From: Methanomassiliicoccaceae archaeon
Lineage (GTDB): Archaea; Thermoplasmatota; Thermoplasmata; Methanomassiliicoccales; Methanomassiliicoccaceae
Length of the DNA: 64,000 nucleotides
Direction: 5' to 3'
Assembly: GCA_963728405.1 (NCBI GenBank)
Contig: CAVSJV010000004.1
Location: forward strand, 222,621 to 286,620
The notes under the pieces are model-generated. The model was not told the DNA's origin, made no database searches, and was given only the letters and a program-made list of their open reading frames with translations. Of the stretch, positions 47,011 through 57,768 are shown in pieces. Made by a program: the position numbers and the translations under genes. Every line of letters begins with the position of its first letter. Positions within the stretch are counted from its first letter, which is position 1.

Positions 47011-47532
47011 TCATTTTAGATATGCATCAATGACCTCGATCGCGGGTATTGCTGTCGCTCCTTGGGATGCATAATAGTCTGTGTTACCCGATTTTGAATA
47101 AGTATAGGGGGACCACGCCAAGGATATCGAAAGATGGATCGTGACCGTCTCGGAAGGTGCTAGCTTGAGCGTTTGGTTCGCTGTCAAAGTTCTTTCATTT
47201 ATTCCCGCTATCTTTTGTTCAACAGATGCGAATACATTGGTTTGTCCAATCGCGCTTCCTAGATTTGTGAGCTTGATGGTGAATAATTTCTGACCGGATT
47301 GATTTTCTACTGACCAGTCGACAATCTGAATGTTTTCCGAAGACCCAAGAATTCCCCCTCTGGACCCACTGACCATGCTCCCTGCAATGAAACCGATTAC
47401 CAGCATTGCGACCATTAAAACAACTACAAACGAAATTCCGTATTCACGCTTCTTCTCAGGAGTAGGCTCCGGAACTGGCTCTGGCTTTTCAACCTCCCTG
47501 TATTTTGTAGACTGATCTGATATTTCCACCAT
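47011..47532 (-). CDS. Membrane-anchored protein with Ig-like extracellular domain
   Basis: PEPVPEP linker, one TM helix, and a beta-rich domain (FTIKLTNLG, LAPSETVTI). Confidence 0.6.
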   Translation of the reverse strand: MVEISDQSTKYREVEKPEPVPEPTPEKKREYGISFVVVLMVAMLVIGFIAGSMVSGSRGGILGSSENIQIVDWSVENQSGQKLFTIKLTNLGSAIGQTNVFASVEQKIAGINERTLTANQTLKLAPSETVTIHLSISLAWSPYTYSKSGNTDYYASQGATAIPAIEVIDAYLK

Positions 47533-49188
47533 AAGAATCCTGATGTGTTATCAACATCTGAATATAATTCACTTTCAATGAATTCATTCATTGGTCTTTA
47601 AGATTCAAAAGAGGAGGTCATTGTAAGGTAACGATTTCCGAGGTTTCCAACAATTCCTCTGAGTGAAATAAAAGGAGGGGTCAGATCCCGCCATCCTTTT
47701 TGGTTGCCTAATGCCGACGGAAAAGGGTTGCTCATTTTCAGCAGTGCCTTATAGTCATCGACCATTGTTATATCGTGGAAAAATGAAAGAATATTGCGAA
47801 GTATGTAAGAAAGAGGTGGAGTTGATGAGTCATCTTTGTCCCGACTGTGGACGAAACCTATTCACAAGGATGCACAAGGTTCGTTATGGGGACACTAAAT
47901 CGTCAAAGGTACTGAGCCCTAAACCGTAAAAGAGCGCATCGATCAATGGTAAAAATCGTCTAGGCACGCCCAATCGTGGTCGCACGAGCCTTACATCCTT
48001 TCTGCAGCTCTCGCATTTGCTCTCAACCATGACTTCGTTGGAGGCGAACCTAACCTTCTGCTCATGACCGCTAGCGGGGCATGGGGCTGTCTTTCTGATG
48101 TGCTCGTTTGGGGGGTAGGTATGAATATAATGTAGGATTGGGGACAATTAAGCGGTTTCGGGGGGAGGGGGCTGAAAGGGCATACAACGACGGATAATCA
48201 CTCAATTGGAAGAGAATAGATTATTCAGGTACCAACCTATTAATCCTAACCTATTGTATCCACAGATTACAATGAGCGCAATGAAAAAGAAAAAGAAGGG
48301 AGCGGATGATCCGCCTGTGAACAATAATCGGTCAGATCGCAGTGGTTCGAAAACCTCATCCGCCACCATAAGCGCGGCCAACAATTCAAACCAGAAAAAA
48401 GGATCAAAGGGCAAGAAGTAATTGAAATATATTCATCCGGTGAGATTTCCAAGCTATGGAAAATTTCATCGGATCAGCATTTTTGATATTTCAGGAAAAC
48501 CTGAAGAGCCCTTAACATTGATAGTGACACCGGAGCTAGGGGGAGGTGTCATTTATGTATTGTATACATGGCTCCAAAATGGATGGTGCGGAGATAGTAT
48601 ACAACTTAGAGAAATGTCGTCCCCCTTATTCTGAACAAGGAAGTGGACACAGGCGGGATTTCTGCCCATGGAACATGCTGATGTGAGCGCAATGGTTGGA
48701 ATTCATTTAATTGGCGGGACATACACTCATCGATCAAGGGGGACCATGTCAGCCACTCATCTTTGAAACGTGGACCATTGATGGGGCAGATTTACTCCTC
48801 TGGCAACTAATAGTGCAAAGATTTGGATGGATAAATGGCGTGTTAGAACAAAGGCATGACTGGCCTCTTCTACGCTGAAGGTTCTCTCATCCAACCATCG
48901 TGTGGGGAGGTAAGCGTTGAAGTGTTTTGATGGTACGGTTACAGCATTGTTGAATTCCCCAAGATCATTGGCTAACGTATTCGATAAGACGCCACGCTCG
49001 GGGATACTTATGTGCTGGTCGTCGCGGACAAGGGGAAGTACGCCATCGAGATACCGCCCTTCCCTGACAATCCATCGTTGAAAGGTTATCGGAATTGCTA
49101 GAGCTTTAACACGGAACTATCGATTCCTAGACGGACCGCCCGGGTTCCCCTAGAGCTTTTCATTACCACGCCCGCCAGGAGAGAGGGA

Positions 49189-49560
49189 GTGGTCCTCCCG
49201 ATGGTGTACCCGTCCAGGAACAAGTTGGGGAACGATGAGGTCCTGGCCGCCTGCCATCCCTTGGAATTCTTTAACGAAGAGATCCTTGAAGTCGTCAGGC
49301 TTCTGGAGAAATATGCCGACTGGCGGTTCCTTCGCAGGGATGGCCTGCCAGTCGGAAAGATGTGCGAGGAATGCTGGGTCGCCTACACGAATCCAGTCAT
49401 CGATAGGATGGTCCCGTCCAACATGCACGAGTTCGTAGACCTGCCCAATGCGATATTCGACCGCTCTCACGGTGACGGCGAGGGTGTGACAAGAAGGATG
49501 GATACCCTGAGGGCCTGGGCGAAGCTCCCCAGCACCTCGAGGAATTGTACGGAAATATAG
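49189..49560 (+). CDS. Hypothetical protein (mobile-region)
   Basis: 123-aa ORF in a co-oriented run leading to the resolvase. Confidence 0.4.
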   Translation: MVLPMVYPSRNKLGNDEVLAACHPLEFFNEEILEVVRLLEKYADWRFLRRDGLPVGKMCEECWVAYTNPVIDRMVPSNMHEFVDLPNAIFDRSHGDGEGVTRRMDTLRAWAKLPSTSRNCTEI

Positions 49561-49814
49561 ATGAACTTAGGGCTCGACAGAATGAGCAAGATATTAGAAT
49601 GGTAAAAGATAGGGTCGAGATTAACAGTCAGCTCATTGGGAACAATCAACTGCTAAAGGAAAACCTGGACCTCCAGAAGAGAATATTCGAGTATGAGAAT
49701 ATCGAGATGAAGAGGGCTCTTGCAGCACAGATGAGGAAGCCATCCAGTGATATAGAAAAGCTCCCGGTTGAATGGGGCCGAGAAGTCGGTCCTAACGGGG
49801 TGATGTACCAATGA
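49545..49814 (+). CDS. Short coiled-coil hypothetical protein
   Basis: Heptad-like sequence. Its stop overlaps the resolvase ATG (ATGA). Confidence 0.4.
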   Translation: MYGNIDELRARQNEQDIRMVKDRVEINSQLIGNNQLLKENLDLQKRIFEYENIEMKRALAAQMRKPSSDIEKLPVEWGREVGPNGVMYQ

Positions 49815-50465
49815 GAGCCGCACTCTACGCCCGGATCTCCACCGACGAGGACAAGGAGCTGCAGAATCCAGAGGCCCAATTGATGGTTCTCCGCGATTAC
49901 TGCAAGCTGTACGAGCATGAGATGGTCAAAGTATACGTTGACCACTGCAGCGGCAAGGACCCCAACCGCGAGCATTTCCAGGAGATGGTGGTGTGGAGGC
50001 AGTGAAGAAAAAGAACCGGGCCGTTGACACATCGTCTGTCTGCGGGTTGATCGATTCATGCGATCCGCCCTATATGGCCTCGCTGCCACCGAACAGCTCG
50101 AGGATGCGAAGTGCGGCTTGATCTTCGTACAAGACCAGATCGATACATCTACTCCGCAGGGTCAATTATTCTATACAATTCAGCTCGCTTTCGCAGAGTG
50201 CGAGCGAGGGATGATTGGCAAACGGGTCTCAGATGGCATTAACCGAAGGATACGCGAAGGCGGCCGGTGGGGGAAGGGTTGCTGGAAGAACGTGAATGTC
50301 GGCCTCGCTATCGAGCTGCTACGGACCGAAAAGGCTCGGAGCGTGTCCGAGGCGGCGAGGATGCTCGGCGTCCCTCGAGTAACGCTCCTAGATCATGCGG
50401 AGCGGGAGAACATCGACCTCCAGGCTGTCGGATTACAACCCCCCTCGAAACCCGGGGGTGCATAA
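49811..50465 (+). pseudogene. Serine recombinase (resolvase/invertase) with C-terminal HTH, disrupted
   Basis: AALYARIST, SG...R, DRF.RS, IDTSTPQG, AFAECER and SVSEAARMLGVPRVT. The reading frame is broken around 49990-50050. Confidence 0.85.
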
Positions 50466-50761
50466 ATAGTGAAGAACTCGCGAGAGCTGACGCTTTGACC
50501 AGTCTCAAATCGACAAGGCCGATTGAAGGAAATGATTCATCAGCTGGTTATGTAGTTTTAATTAGGTTAGCATTGAGCGAGAAGGATTTTTCTTCCAGGT
50601 GTTTTCTTTCATTCTGGCTATTCTTTTTGTCAGCTTTGATATCGTCTGGATTGATCATTTTCTTAATGGAGTTCAGAATCCCCGTAATCTCGCCCCGGAA
50701 CATATCCTCGTGTCCGACATTTAACGCTGGTTATTGTCTAAATGACCATAATCAATTTTTT

Positions 50762-51118
50762 GCTTCTCTTCAGTTCTGTGTGAGTAGGTTGAGCCCTCCT
50801 GCGATGAGATGAATCATCGTGTCGCGGTACTCCCTGGCCTTGAAACCGTACGCACGGCGGAAGGCCGTGCGTATCTTGTTGTTCAGGCCCTCGGCGTAGC
50901 CAGAGGTGACCCCTCTGGCGTACGCTCTCGATGATCCCGTCGATCTGGTTCCGGACGCTCTTCGCCAGTCTGGCCATCTCCGGCAGATTGCATCCATCCG
51001 CCCAGGCGATCCACTTATTGAGATATTCCTTGGCATAGTACGGAGGCAGGTCCCAGACGCGCTGTATCGCCAGCTTGAACTGGTATGCCTTCGCGGTCTT
51101 GATGTCTTCGGTCGACCG
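50762..51118 (-). mobile_element. ISL3-family transposase C-terminal fragment and right end
   Basis: AYQFKL...WIAWA...EMARLAKSVRNQIDGI and TSGYAEGLNNKIRTAFRRAYGFK. Confidence 0.8.
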
Positions 51119-51154
51119 AGGAGAGCAGTAGATCTAGACGCCTACCGCGAGGCT

Positions 51155-51494
51155 ATGAAGGTCACGGGGAAAGCCACGGTGGCCGCCAAGGCGAGCAGGT
51201 ATTCCCGAGGACGAGGTCAGCAACCATATCCTGCGTCGATCGGGCGCTATGATGTGTCTGGAGGCAGGTGCATCGATGGAGGACATATCAAAGATGCTGG
51301 GACATACGGATGCCCGGACCACAATGCTCCATCTCGACATCAATGTGGAACGGCTGCGCAAGATGACCGAGCGCAGGGACGACTATCTCAGCATGGTACG
51401 GGAGAGAATGAAAATGGAACCCTCAGTCAAAGAGGAAATCCTCCTTTTCGCCCAGTATAGGCATCGGCAGAGGCTTTTGTCAACAAAGGCATGA
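51155..51494 (+). pseudogene. Tyrosine recombinase C-terminal fragment
   Basis: SNHILRRSGA (HxxR) and ISKMLGHTDARTTMLHL; the catalytic Tyr position reads His. The 5' part is replaced by the ISL3 fragment. Confidence 0.8.
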
Positions 51495-52018
51495 GCCAGA
51501 TGATTGTAGTGGGCCCGAAGAGATTCGGACTCTCGATGTGTATCTGGTTACCCTCGTAAATCCCAAAATTTTGTGAGCGAAATTGAGGGGGCGAAGACAT
51601 AACTATCGCTCCGTCAGAACAGACAGTCCGGCGGAGTCGTCAATCATATAGCGATAGCAAGGTCCGGCCATCGTTCTCCGGGGGTTGGGGAGTGGATGCG
51701 TCCCCATCACTGGCCTTCCAAAGTATCCTCCCAATTCCTGGTTGGGGCGACATTGGGACGTCGAAGTGATGAATTACCTCGTGGACAGAGCGGGATTTTT
51801 TTGCCCCCGAAACCGCATGGCTAGATATTTCTCATTTCCTCAGAATATACGATTATTCGAGCCAGCATCCTGGACGTTTTCATTCAATTCGAGGAAAAAT
51901 GCACCGGAGCATCAAACCCATTCCTTTTTTCTTTCCCTTATTTCTTGGATCAAATCCGGTCGGATTGAACGGACCACATCCAGTATCTTGAATTTCATTT
52001 CAATAAGGGGGCCCATCA

Positions 52019-53728
52019 TCATATCTTCGTCCCTGGAACGAACATCGCCCAGTAGTTCCCGTTATCGTAGACCTTATAGTAACGGGGGGCTTGGTTAGCG
52101 TAGAAGCTATATGCTGAAATCAACGCCCATTGCTGATACCATAGCCTTGTCGTATTGTATTGCTGATACCACTGTAGGGTCGTATTATCGAACAAGTAGG
52201 TGCCGCTACCATAGGAAGAGGACAATTGTTCTGTGGTCTGATTGTAAACTTCGGTGATCTGAAACCGCCGATAGTTCTCCGATGTGCTGCCCCATACGTA
52301 ATAAGGATAATAACCGCCGACCACGTAGGTCTGGGGCACATGGCTGGCCAGGAAGTCGGAGGCGGCGATGCCCTGGTCGTTGTTGATATACAGAGTCTCC
52401 TGATAGAACAGGGTGGAGCAGCAGAGAACCACCGCTACGAGTGTCCCCACGACCAGGAGCGGACGGATATATTTACGCCGCTTCGTAAATAATAAGGGTA
52501 CGAAGACCAGTGGAGCGACCAGCATAAAAAAAAGGATGCCCCGGTCATACAATTGCCCGTTGAAGAACACGGTGTCCAGAGGTATCAGGATGAAGGGTAG
52601 AATAAGCAGGGGAAGGATGTTCGTGGGGAGGTTCGCGGGAGACCTTTTCCTCCAGAATAGGAATACTACAAAAGCGAGCAAAGTGAACAGGACAAACAGG
52701 CCCAAGGTGGCGGTCCGGATTTGAGGGTAGACGACCCCCAGGATGTTCGCTGAAGTGGTCCGTATGTCAATTTGATTGCTAACGCCCTCGTTGATCTGCC
52801 CGAGGAACTGAATACGATTGGTGACGAACTGCACGAGGTTGAGCGAGAAGGAGGACGCCCCGGTGAAGAACCAGCCCAGCCAGATGAGGATGAACACCCC
52901 GACCGGCCAGGGCCGGTCCCAAGCGATGGGACGTTTGCGAGCGAAAGTGAAACGATACAACCGACTGAAGAACTCCTTGAACACGATGGCCCCTAGGACG
53001 AAGATCAGTATGGTAGGCTCGGAAATGACGACAAAGGCGAACAGCACCAGGGCGGCGAGCCGCCAGTCTCGCCCCTCCCGCTCCAGGCACACGAAGATCA
53101 GCAGTCCGCAGGCTAACCCGAGGGACTGAGGGGAGAAATGGAACTGCAGCCATACGTTGACGAAGGCGGCGAACAGAAAGACCAGACGGTAACCCATCCG
53201 CGGAACATAGGTGCGGACGAAGAGGTAGATGGCCGCCAAGGTCAGCGCAGCAGCGAACAAGGGATAGTACTTCAAGAAATCCAGGGCTGGCGGGCTGCCT
53301 ATCAGCGAGTACGAAGCACCGAGGGCGAAGAAACCCGGGTAATTGAAGGCATAGATGAAGGTGGGGGCATTGGGAATGGTCCCGGTGCGGGCGATCTCCA
53401 GGGCCGAGTTGTAATGCATGTATGAGTCCCATACATCGGGGTACTTCACGAACATGGCCGGAATACCCCAGATCGCCAGGAAGAGCAGCAGGACCTGTAC
53501 GAAGAAGAGGGTCTCCGAGCCGGCCCGTAGGCCCAAGGCCATGGATCCGACCATGATGGCCACCCCTAGCCAGAACGCCAGGGGCAGGAGGCCGAGTAGG
53601 CCAAAAGGAGTGCCCAAGGGGATCCGCTGCAGTTCCGAGCCCAGGGAGGAGGCCACGCAGATGCCGAGCCCGATGAAACTGAGAGCGTAAAGGAACGACG
53701 GACGGACCCTAGTATCTACCTCCCTCAA
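52019..53728 (-). CDS. Multi-pass membrane protein, GT-C-like glycosylation/polymerase family
   Basis: More than 12 TM segments, loop motif DVWDSYMH...GTIP...YPGF, and a soluble C-terminal tail ending KVYDNG. Confidence 0.6.
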   Translation of the reverse strand: MREVDTRVRPSFLYALSFIGLGICVASSLGSELQRIPLGTPFGLLGLLPLAFWLGVAIMVGSMALGLRAGSETLFFVQVLLLFLAIWGIPAMFVKYPDVWDSYMHYNSALEIARTGTIPNAPTFIYAFNYPGFFALGASYSLIGSPPALDFLKYYPLFAAALTLAAIYLFVRTYVPRMGYRLVFLFAAFVNVWLQFHFSPQSLGLACGLLIFVCLEREGRDWRLAALVLFAFVVISEPTILIFVLGAIVFKEFFSRLYRFTFARKRPIAWDRPWPVGVFILIWLGWFFTGASSFSLNLVQFVTNRIQFLGQINEGVSNQIDIRTTSANILGVVYPQIRTATLGLFVLFTLLAFVVFLFWRKRSPANLPTNILPLLILPFILIPLDTVFFNGQLYDRGILFFMLVAPLVFVPLLFTKRRKYIRPLLVVGTLVAVVLCCSTLFYQETLYINNDQGIAASDFLASHVPQTYVVGGYYPYYVWGSTSENYRRFQITEVYNQTTEQLSSSYGSGTYLFDNTTLQWYQQYNTTRLWYQQWALISAYSFYANQAPRYYKVYDNGNYWAMFVPGTKI

Positions 53729-53949
53729 GTTTTCCCTCCCTGCCTACATTCGCGCGTTTATGCCAGCCGATGTGTATTTAATATCACCTATCCCGACCCC
53801 TTGAGGAATGGGTTGGCCAGTCATAAACTTGAGACCAGCTTTTGTTACGGACATCGATAACTGCCTAAGGCCAGCGAAAATGCTGTTTTTTAATAAAATA
53901 ATAAGGCATTATGGAGTTTTGAAGTCCTCTTAAACTCAAGGTTAAAACT

Positions 53950-55218
53950 GTGCATGAAGAGCAGTTCCACAACCTAACCCCCGGGGAGAGCCAGGGGGGC
54001 AAGAGTTTCGTGCTCACCGAGATAGCCACCAAGCTCTTCCCGAGCATCTCCGAGGTCATTAGCACCCTGTCCCCGCAGGGCCTGAAGTACGTGGCGAAGA
54101 ACAATCCCCAGACCTTCAAGCACCGCCTGATCGTAGTGGACGAGTTGAAGGACAACCAGGAGGCGGCCCGGCTGACCCTGAAGCTTATGGCCTCCCGGGG
54201 GCAGAAAAGATCGTCTGCAAGACCGTGGACGATCAAGAAGCAGGCCCAGGAGCTGGTCATTGAGGGCATGCCCACGGTATGGGCGGCCTCCATGGAGGTC
54301 ATCAAGGACCCTGGGGGACAGATCAGCAACCGACTGTTCAAGACCCAGGTGGACGAGTCCAGGGAGCAGTCGGAGCGGGTGGAGCGGTTCCAGAAGGACC
54401 GGATGGCCTTCGGGGACCTCAGGACCATAGAATCGACGGTGGACCGGGCGAGGCGGTTGCTGGAGCGCATCATGAAAGAGAAGGACTTCACCGCCCTCAA
54501 TCCCTTCTCCGAGTACATCGAGCAGACCGGATACTCCGTCCGCAACCACCTGCCCTCCTACCACGCCCTACTCTCGTCCATCACCTACGCCCACCGCTTC
54601 GCCCGCCCCCGATTCGACCTTTCCGATGGTCGCAGGCATCTCATCGCCACCCTGGCCGACAACCTGACTGCCATGCGGCTGTGGGCCAAGTTCAGCGGGT
54701 CCCACACCACCGGTCTCCCCCCACGGCACCAGAGGCTCCTGGAAGCGATGAAGGCGGACAAGCTGTACACCCCAGAGGATGCGACGGCGGAGTACAATGC
54801 CAGATGGCACGGGGAGTACACTGAGATCGGTTCCAAAACTATCTACAACTACCTCAAGGAGCTGAGCGACCGGAATCTGGTGACCTCAGAACGGCGGGTG
54901 GAGAACCGGGGCGGGTATGAGGCCGTCACCAAGGAGTTCGTCTACCGCAAGATGCCTGGCGACCTCCCAACCATCTCCCAACTTTACATTAGGATGGGCA
55001 GCTACACCTCGTTCACCCATCTGGATGCCTGGGTTATTGAGCTCAGGGAGATGGTCTCCAACATCCCGGGTGTGGACCAGGGCCTTTTAGACGGGCTAGG
55101 GGAGCGGTTGGTGGACGCCGCAGTGCCTATCGGCCCAACCACCCAGGCCGCTCTGCCCGAGTCGGAGGATGAATCTAGCGGGGACGGTAAATCAGCAACA
55201 CAGGCCAAACCGGAGTAA
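53950..55218 (+). CDS. Mobile-element MCM-like AAA+ ATPase/helicase with C-terminal wHTH, 5'-truncated
   Basis: Walker A GESQGGKS, Walker B VVDE, Arg-finger-like SNR, and TIYNYLKELSDRNLV wHTH. The ORF begins almost at the P-loop, after AT-rich DNA. Confidence 0.65.
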   Translation: MHEEQFHNLTPGESQGGKSFVLTEIATKLFPSISEVISTLSPQGLKYVAKNNPQTFKHRLIVVDELKDNQEAARLTLKLMASRGQKRSSARPWTIKKQAQELVIEGMPTVWAASMEVIKDPGGQISNRLFKTQVDESREQSERVERFQKDRMAFGDLRTIESTVDRARRLLERIMKEKDFTALNPFSEYIEQTGYSVRNHLPSYHALLSSITYAHRFARPRFDLSDGRRHLIATLADNLTAMRLWAKFSGSHTTGLPPRHQRLLEAMKADKLYTPEDATAEYNARWHGEYTEIGSKTIYNYLKELSDRNLVTSERRVENRGGYEAVTKEFVYRKMPGDLPTISQLYIRMGSYTSFTHLDAWVIELREMVSNIPGVDQGLLDGLGERLVDAAVPIGPTTQAALPESEDESSGDGKSATQAKPE

Positions 55219-55307
55219 GGAAGGGGATAGCTAGATGACCCACCCGGGGCGGCCATTGTCGGAACGGGTGCTCTTCTGCCAACGGAAAGAGCCTCAACGC
55301 CGACGAG

Positions 55308-56335
55308 GTGGAGGGGATGAAGCTCGGTCGCTTCCCCTTCACCGCCGCCATCAAACACTATTTGAAAAGGAGATATGGAACGGTGGCCGATTCCACATAT
55401 ATCGAGGAGGAACGCAAGCTCCGCATGCTAGCGGGCATCTTCGAGGGGCTGAAGGCCGAAGGCAGGATAGCGTCCACCGACCCCCGGCAACTACGCCGGG
55501 AGGACATCCAGGAGTTTTGGGCGTGGATGAAGCACAAGGGGCTAGACCCCACTGGCCAGGCCAAATACTTCCAGTATCTGGGCAACTTCCTCAAGGTATG
55601 GAAGAATCATGTTCTGGAGGAAATGAAGGCCGATGGCATTCGTTTCCCTAAGCCCAACAAGAAGCCTATCCGAGTCATCGACGACGAGGACCTGGAAACC
55701 ATCTTCACCACCTTACAGACCATGCCCTATTGGCGGGGGTCCGTAGCCAGAGGAATGATCTCCCTGTGCTTCGCCACCGCAATAAGGCCCAAGGAGGTGC
55801 GTCTGGCCCACATCGAGGACCTGTGGACCTGGTCAAGGAGCGGTTCTTCGTCCGTCACCCCAAGGGCGAGGGTTCCTGGGCCAGCGCCGGAATGGGTGGA
55901 CATCATCCGGCCGGACATGCTCCCGTTGCATCAATCGATACGTGATGGAACGCCAAGAATATCTTAGAGAATCAGGGGAAGGGCAAGGCCACTGCCCTAT
56001 TCCCGAACCTTTACCGAGGACAGGATGAATTCTATTCCGCCAACGCCTTCAACGAAATCAAGACCGAGGTGGAGAAGGCGTCAGGGGTAGACTTCAAGCT
56101 GAAGGACTTCCGTTCCACGCTGACGATCGATGACGGTGAACGGGGACATGAGCCTATTACCGGCGATGTCGGCGCAACTGAGGCATAGGAACCTAGCCAC
56201 GACCCAACGCTCCTACTATCGCATGGAGGAGGGCGTGGCGGGAAAGCGGCTCAAGAACGCATGGAAGGAACGGCCGGTGCGTCAATGCCCAGACCCCCGT
56301 TATTAAAAAAGAATTTGATAATACTGGATATGTTA
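55308..56335 (+). pseudogene. Tyrosine integrase, multiply frameshifted
   Basis: ATAIRPKE (R), HPKG (K), LKDFRST (KxxR), QLRH and TTQRSYY (Y) are distributed over several frames. Confidence 0.85.
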
Positions 56336-56651
56336 GGAGTGGACCGATCGGGATTGTAACCTGTGCATAGCCAGTATGTCAAAATCCAAAGTTAATAACG
56401 GGGTAACGTGCAAAGAGCAGCTTTCTGGGAAACACTTTCCCTTTTTTATTTTATACTCAATGGACGCCAATATCCGCCATCAAGCATGACTGGGCTCAGC
56501 CGGGACCATACATCGCTAGAGCCTGATGATATGTAATGAATATCAGTTCTAGCCGAAAAACGCAGGGTCAGTTCGTCACACACATCTCACTTTTTTCTTG
56601 GAAAGAACAAGCCTGCGTCTTCTTATTCCAAGTAACGAAGCCATGCTTGTA

Positions 56652-57125
56652 TTACTTCATGATGTACCATCCGCCTCTGTCTTGGAGCACCATCGGCCCC
56701 TTGTACGCCTGCTGGACGGCAAAGGCGATTTCAAAAGTAGTATCGAAAGTCCTCTTCATGGACCTCAGTTTTACTCTCACCGCGGTGATCTTGAGTACTC
56801 CAGAGGGATAGCTCTTGCAGTAGCTGACGCCCTCCAGCCCGCCCACGATACGAGGGTCTCTCGCCGCCTTCTGAGGCGGTAGCGGATATGGAAGCCGTCC
56901 TCGACGACGGCGAACTCCGGCTTTCCGAAGCCCCAGTGCCCATAATGTAGCCACCCCGAGCACTAATGAGGTTATGGCCCCACCTAATTGTGCTACCGTC
57001 GTCTTGAACCCGTCAGGGAATAGGTGCCAAATACAACTAGCACAACTAAAATCGCTGAATAATACAAGGCTGTAAATTTGCCCAAGGGGTTTGGGAGCCA
57101 TGCCTTTTCTTGTGAACTCACTCAA
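56652..57125 (-). CDS. Cassette 5 partner (putative immunity) membrane protein, frameshifted paralogue of 57292-57768
   Basis: Shares WHWGFGKPEFAVVEDGF (in an alternate frame) and FDTTFEIAFAVQQAYKGPM with the upstream paralogue. Confidence 0.65.
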   Translation of the reverse strand: MSEFTRKGMAPKPLGQIYSLVLFSDFSCASCIWHLFPDGFKTTVAQLGGAITSLVLGVATLWALGLRKAGVRRRRGRLPYPLPPQKAARDPRIVGGLEGVSYCKSYPSGVLKITAVRVKLRSMKRTFDTTFEIAFAVQQAYKGPMVLQDRGGWYIMK

Positions 57126-57290
57126 GCGCCTACGCTATTGTTCGCATCATAGCTGTACCATGTTGAGATCGCCAACGCAACCACTCCCGCCAGATCGATT
57201 CCAAACGCTACCTTCGTTATAGGGGATTTATTAAATCCCTCGACACCAGCAGACTGGTGCGAATCGATGAGCGAGCATGAGATCACACCG
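57122..57290 (-). other. Cassette 5: short orphan C-terminal tip
   Basis: CSLIDSHQSAGVEGFNKSPITKVAFGI resembles the cassette-4 tail CSWIDSHGSGLEGVTKSPITKVAFLI. Confidence 0.7.
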
Positions 57291-57291
57291 G

Positions 57292-57768
57292 TCACTTCAG
57301 TATTTGCTCGCCGTTCACGTGCCGGAACGTCATCGGCCCCTTGTAGTTTTCCTGCAGAGCATGAGCTATCTCGTACGTCACCTCGAAAGCGTCCCTCCTC
57401 GCTTTGATCTTTACCCTCCCCCCACTGATTTTCCCGAAGATCGTAGGATGGTCTTTGCATAGGCCGACGCCCTCCAGCTCGCTCCACGGCATGAACACCT
57501 CCTTCCTCCGAGGACGGTAACGGATGTAGAAGCCATCCTCGACGACGGCGAACTCCGGCTTACCGAAGCCCCAGTGCCACAGTGCCCAGGAAAAGGCGGC
57601 GCCTAGGCCAACCGAAAGCAAGACGGATACAACCTGGAACTCAAATATCTTGTAAAAAGATACCGCCCAGATGCTGTACGCGGCGAGCGCTATCAATATT
57701 GCAGTGCTGCTTGGGACCATTAGTCTATCCATTGGATTCGGCAGCCATGCCTTTTCAACAATCTCCAT
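57292..57768 (-). CDS. Cassette 4 partner (putative immunity): 2-TM plus PH-like domain
   Basis: The ATG abuts the upstream TAA. Two TM helices, then EDGFYIRY...PWSEL...EVTYEIA. Confidence 0.75.
   Translation of the reverse strand: MEIVEKAWLPNPMDRLMVPSSTAILIALAAYSIWAVSFYKIFEFQVVSVLLSVGLGAAFSWALWHWGFGKPEFAVVEDGFYIRYRPRRKEVFMPWSELEGVGLCKDHPTIFGKISGGRVKIKARRDAFEVTYEIAHALQENYKGPMTFRHVNGEQILK

Noticed and set aside
47600-49150. Short ORFs (zinc-ribbon-like 47783-47929, Lys/Asn-rich 48271-48421)
   Set aside because: They may be real microproteins, but they are too short and motif-poor to support from sequence alone.
51509-51534. tRNA gene
   Set aside because: Only a degenerate T-arm/acceptor 3' half is present with no D or anticodon arm. 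It is treated as an att scar, as are 45760-45784 and 56340-56361.
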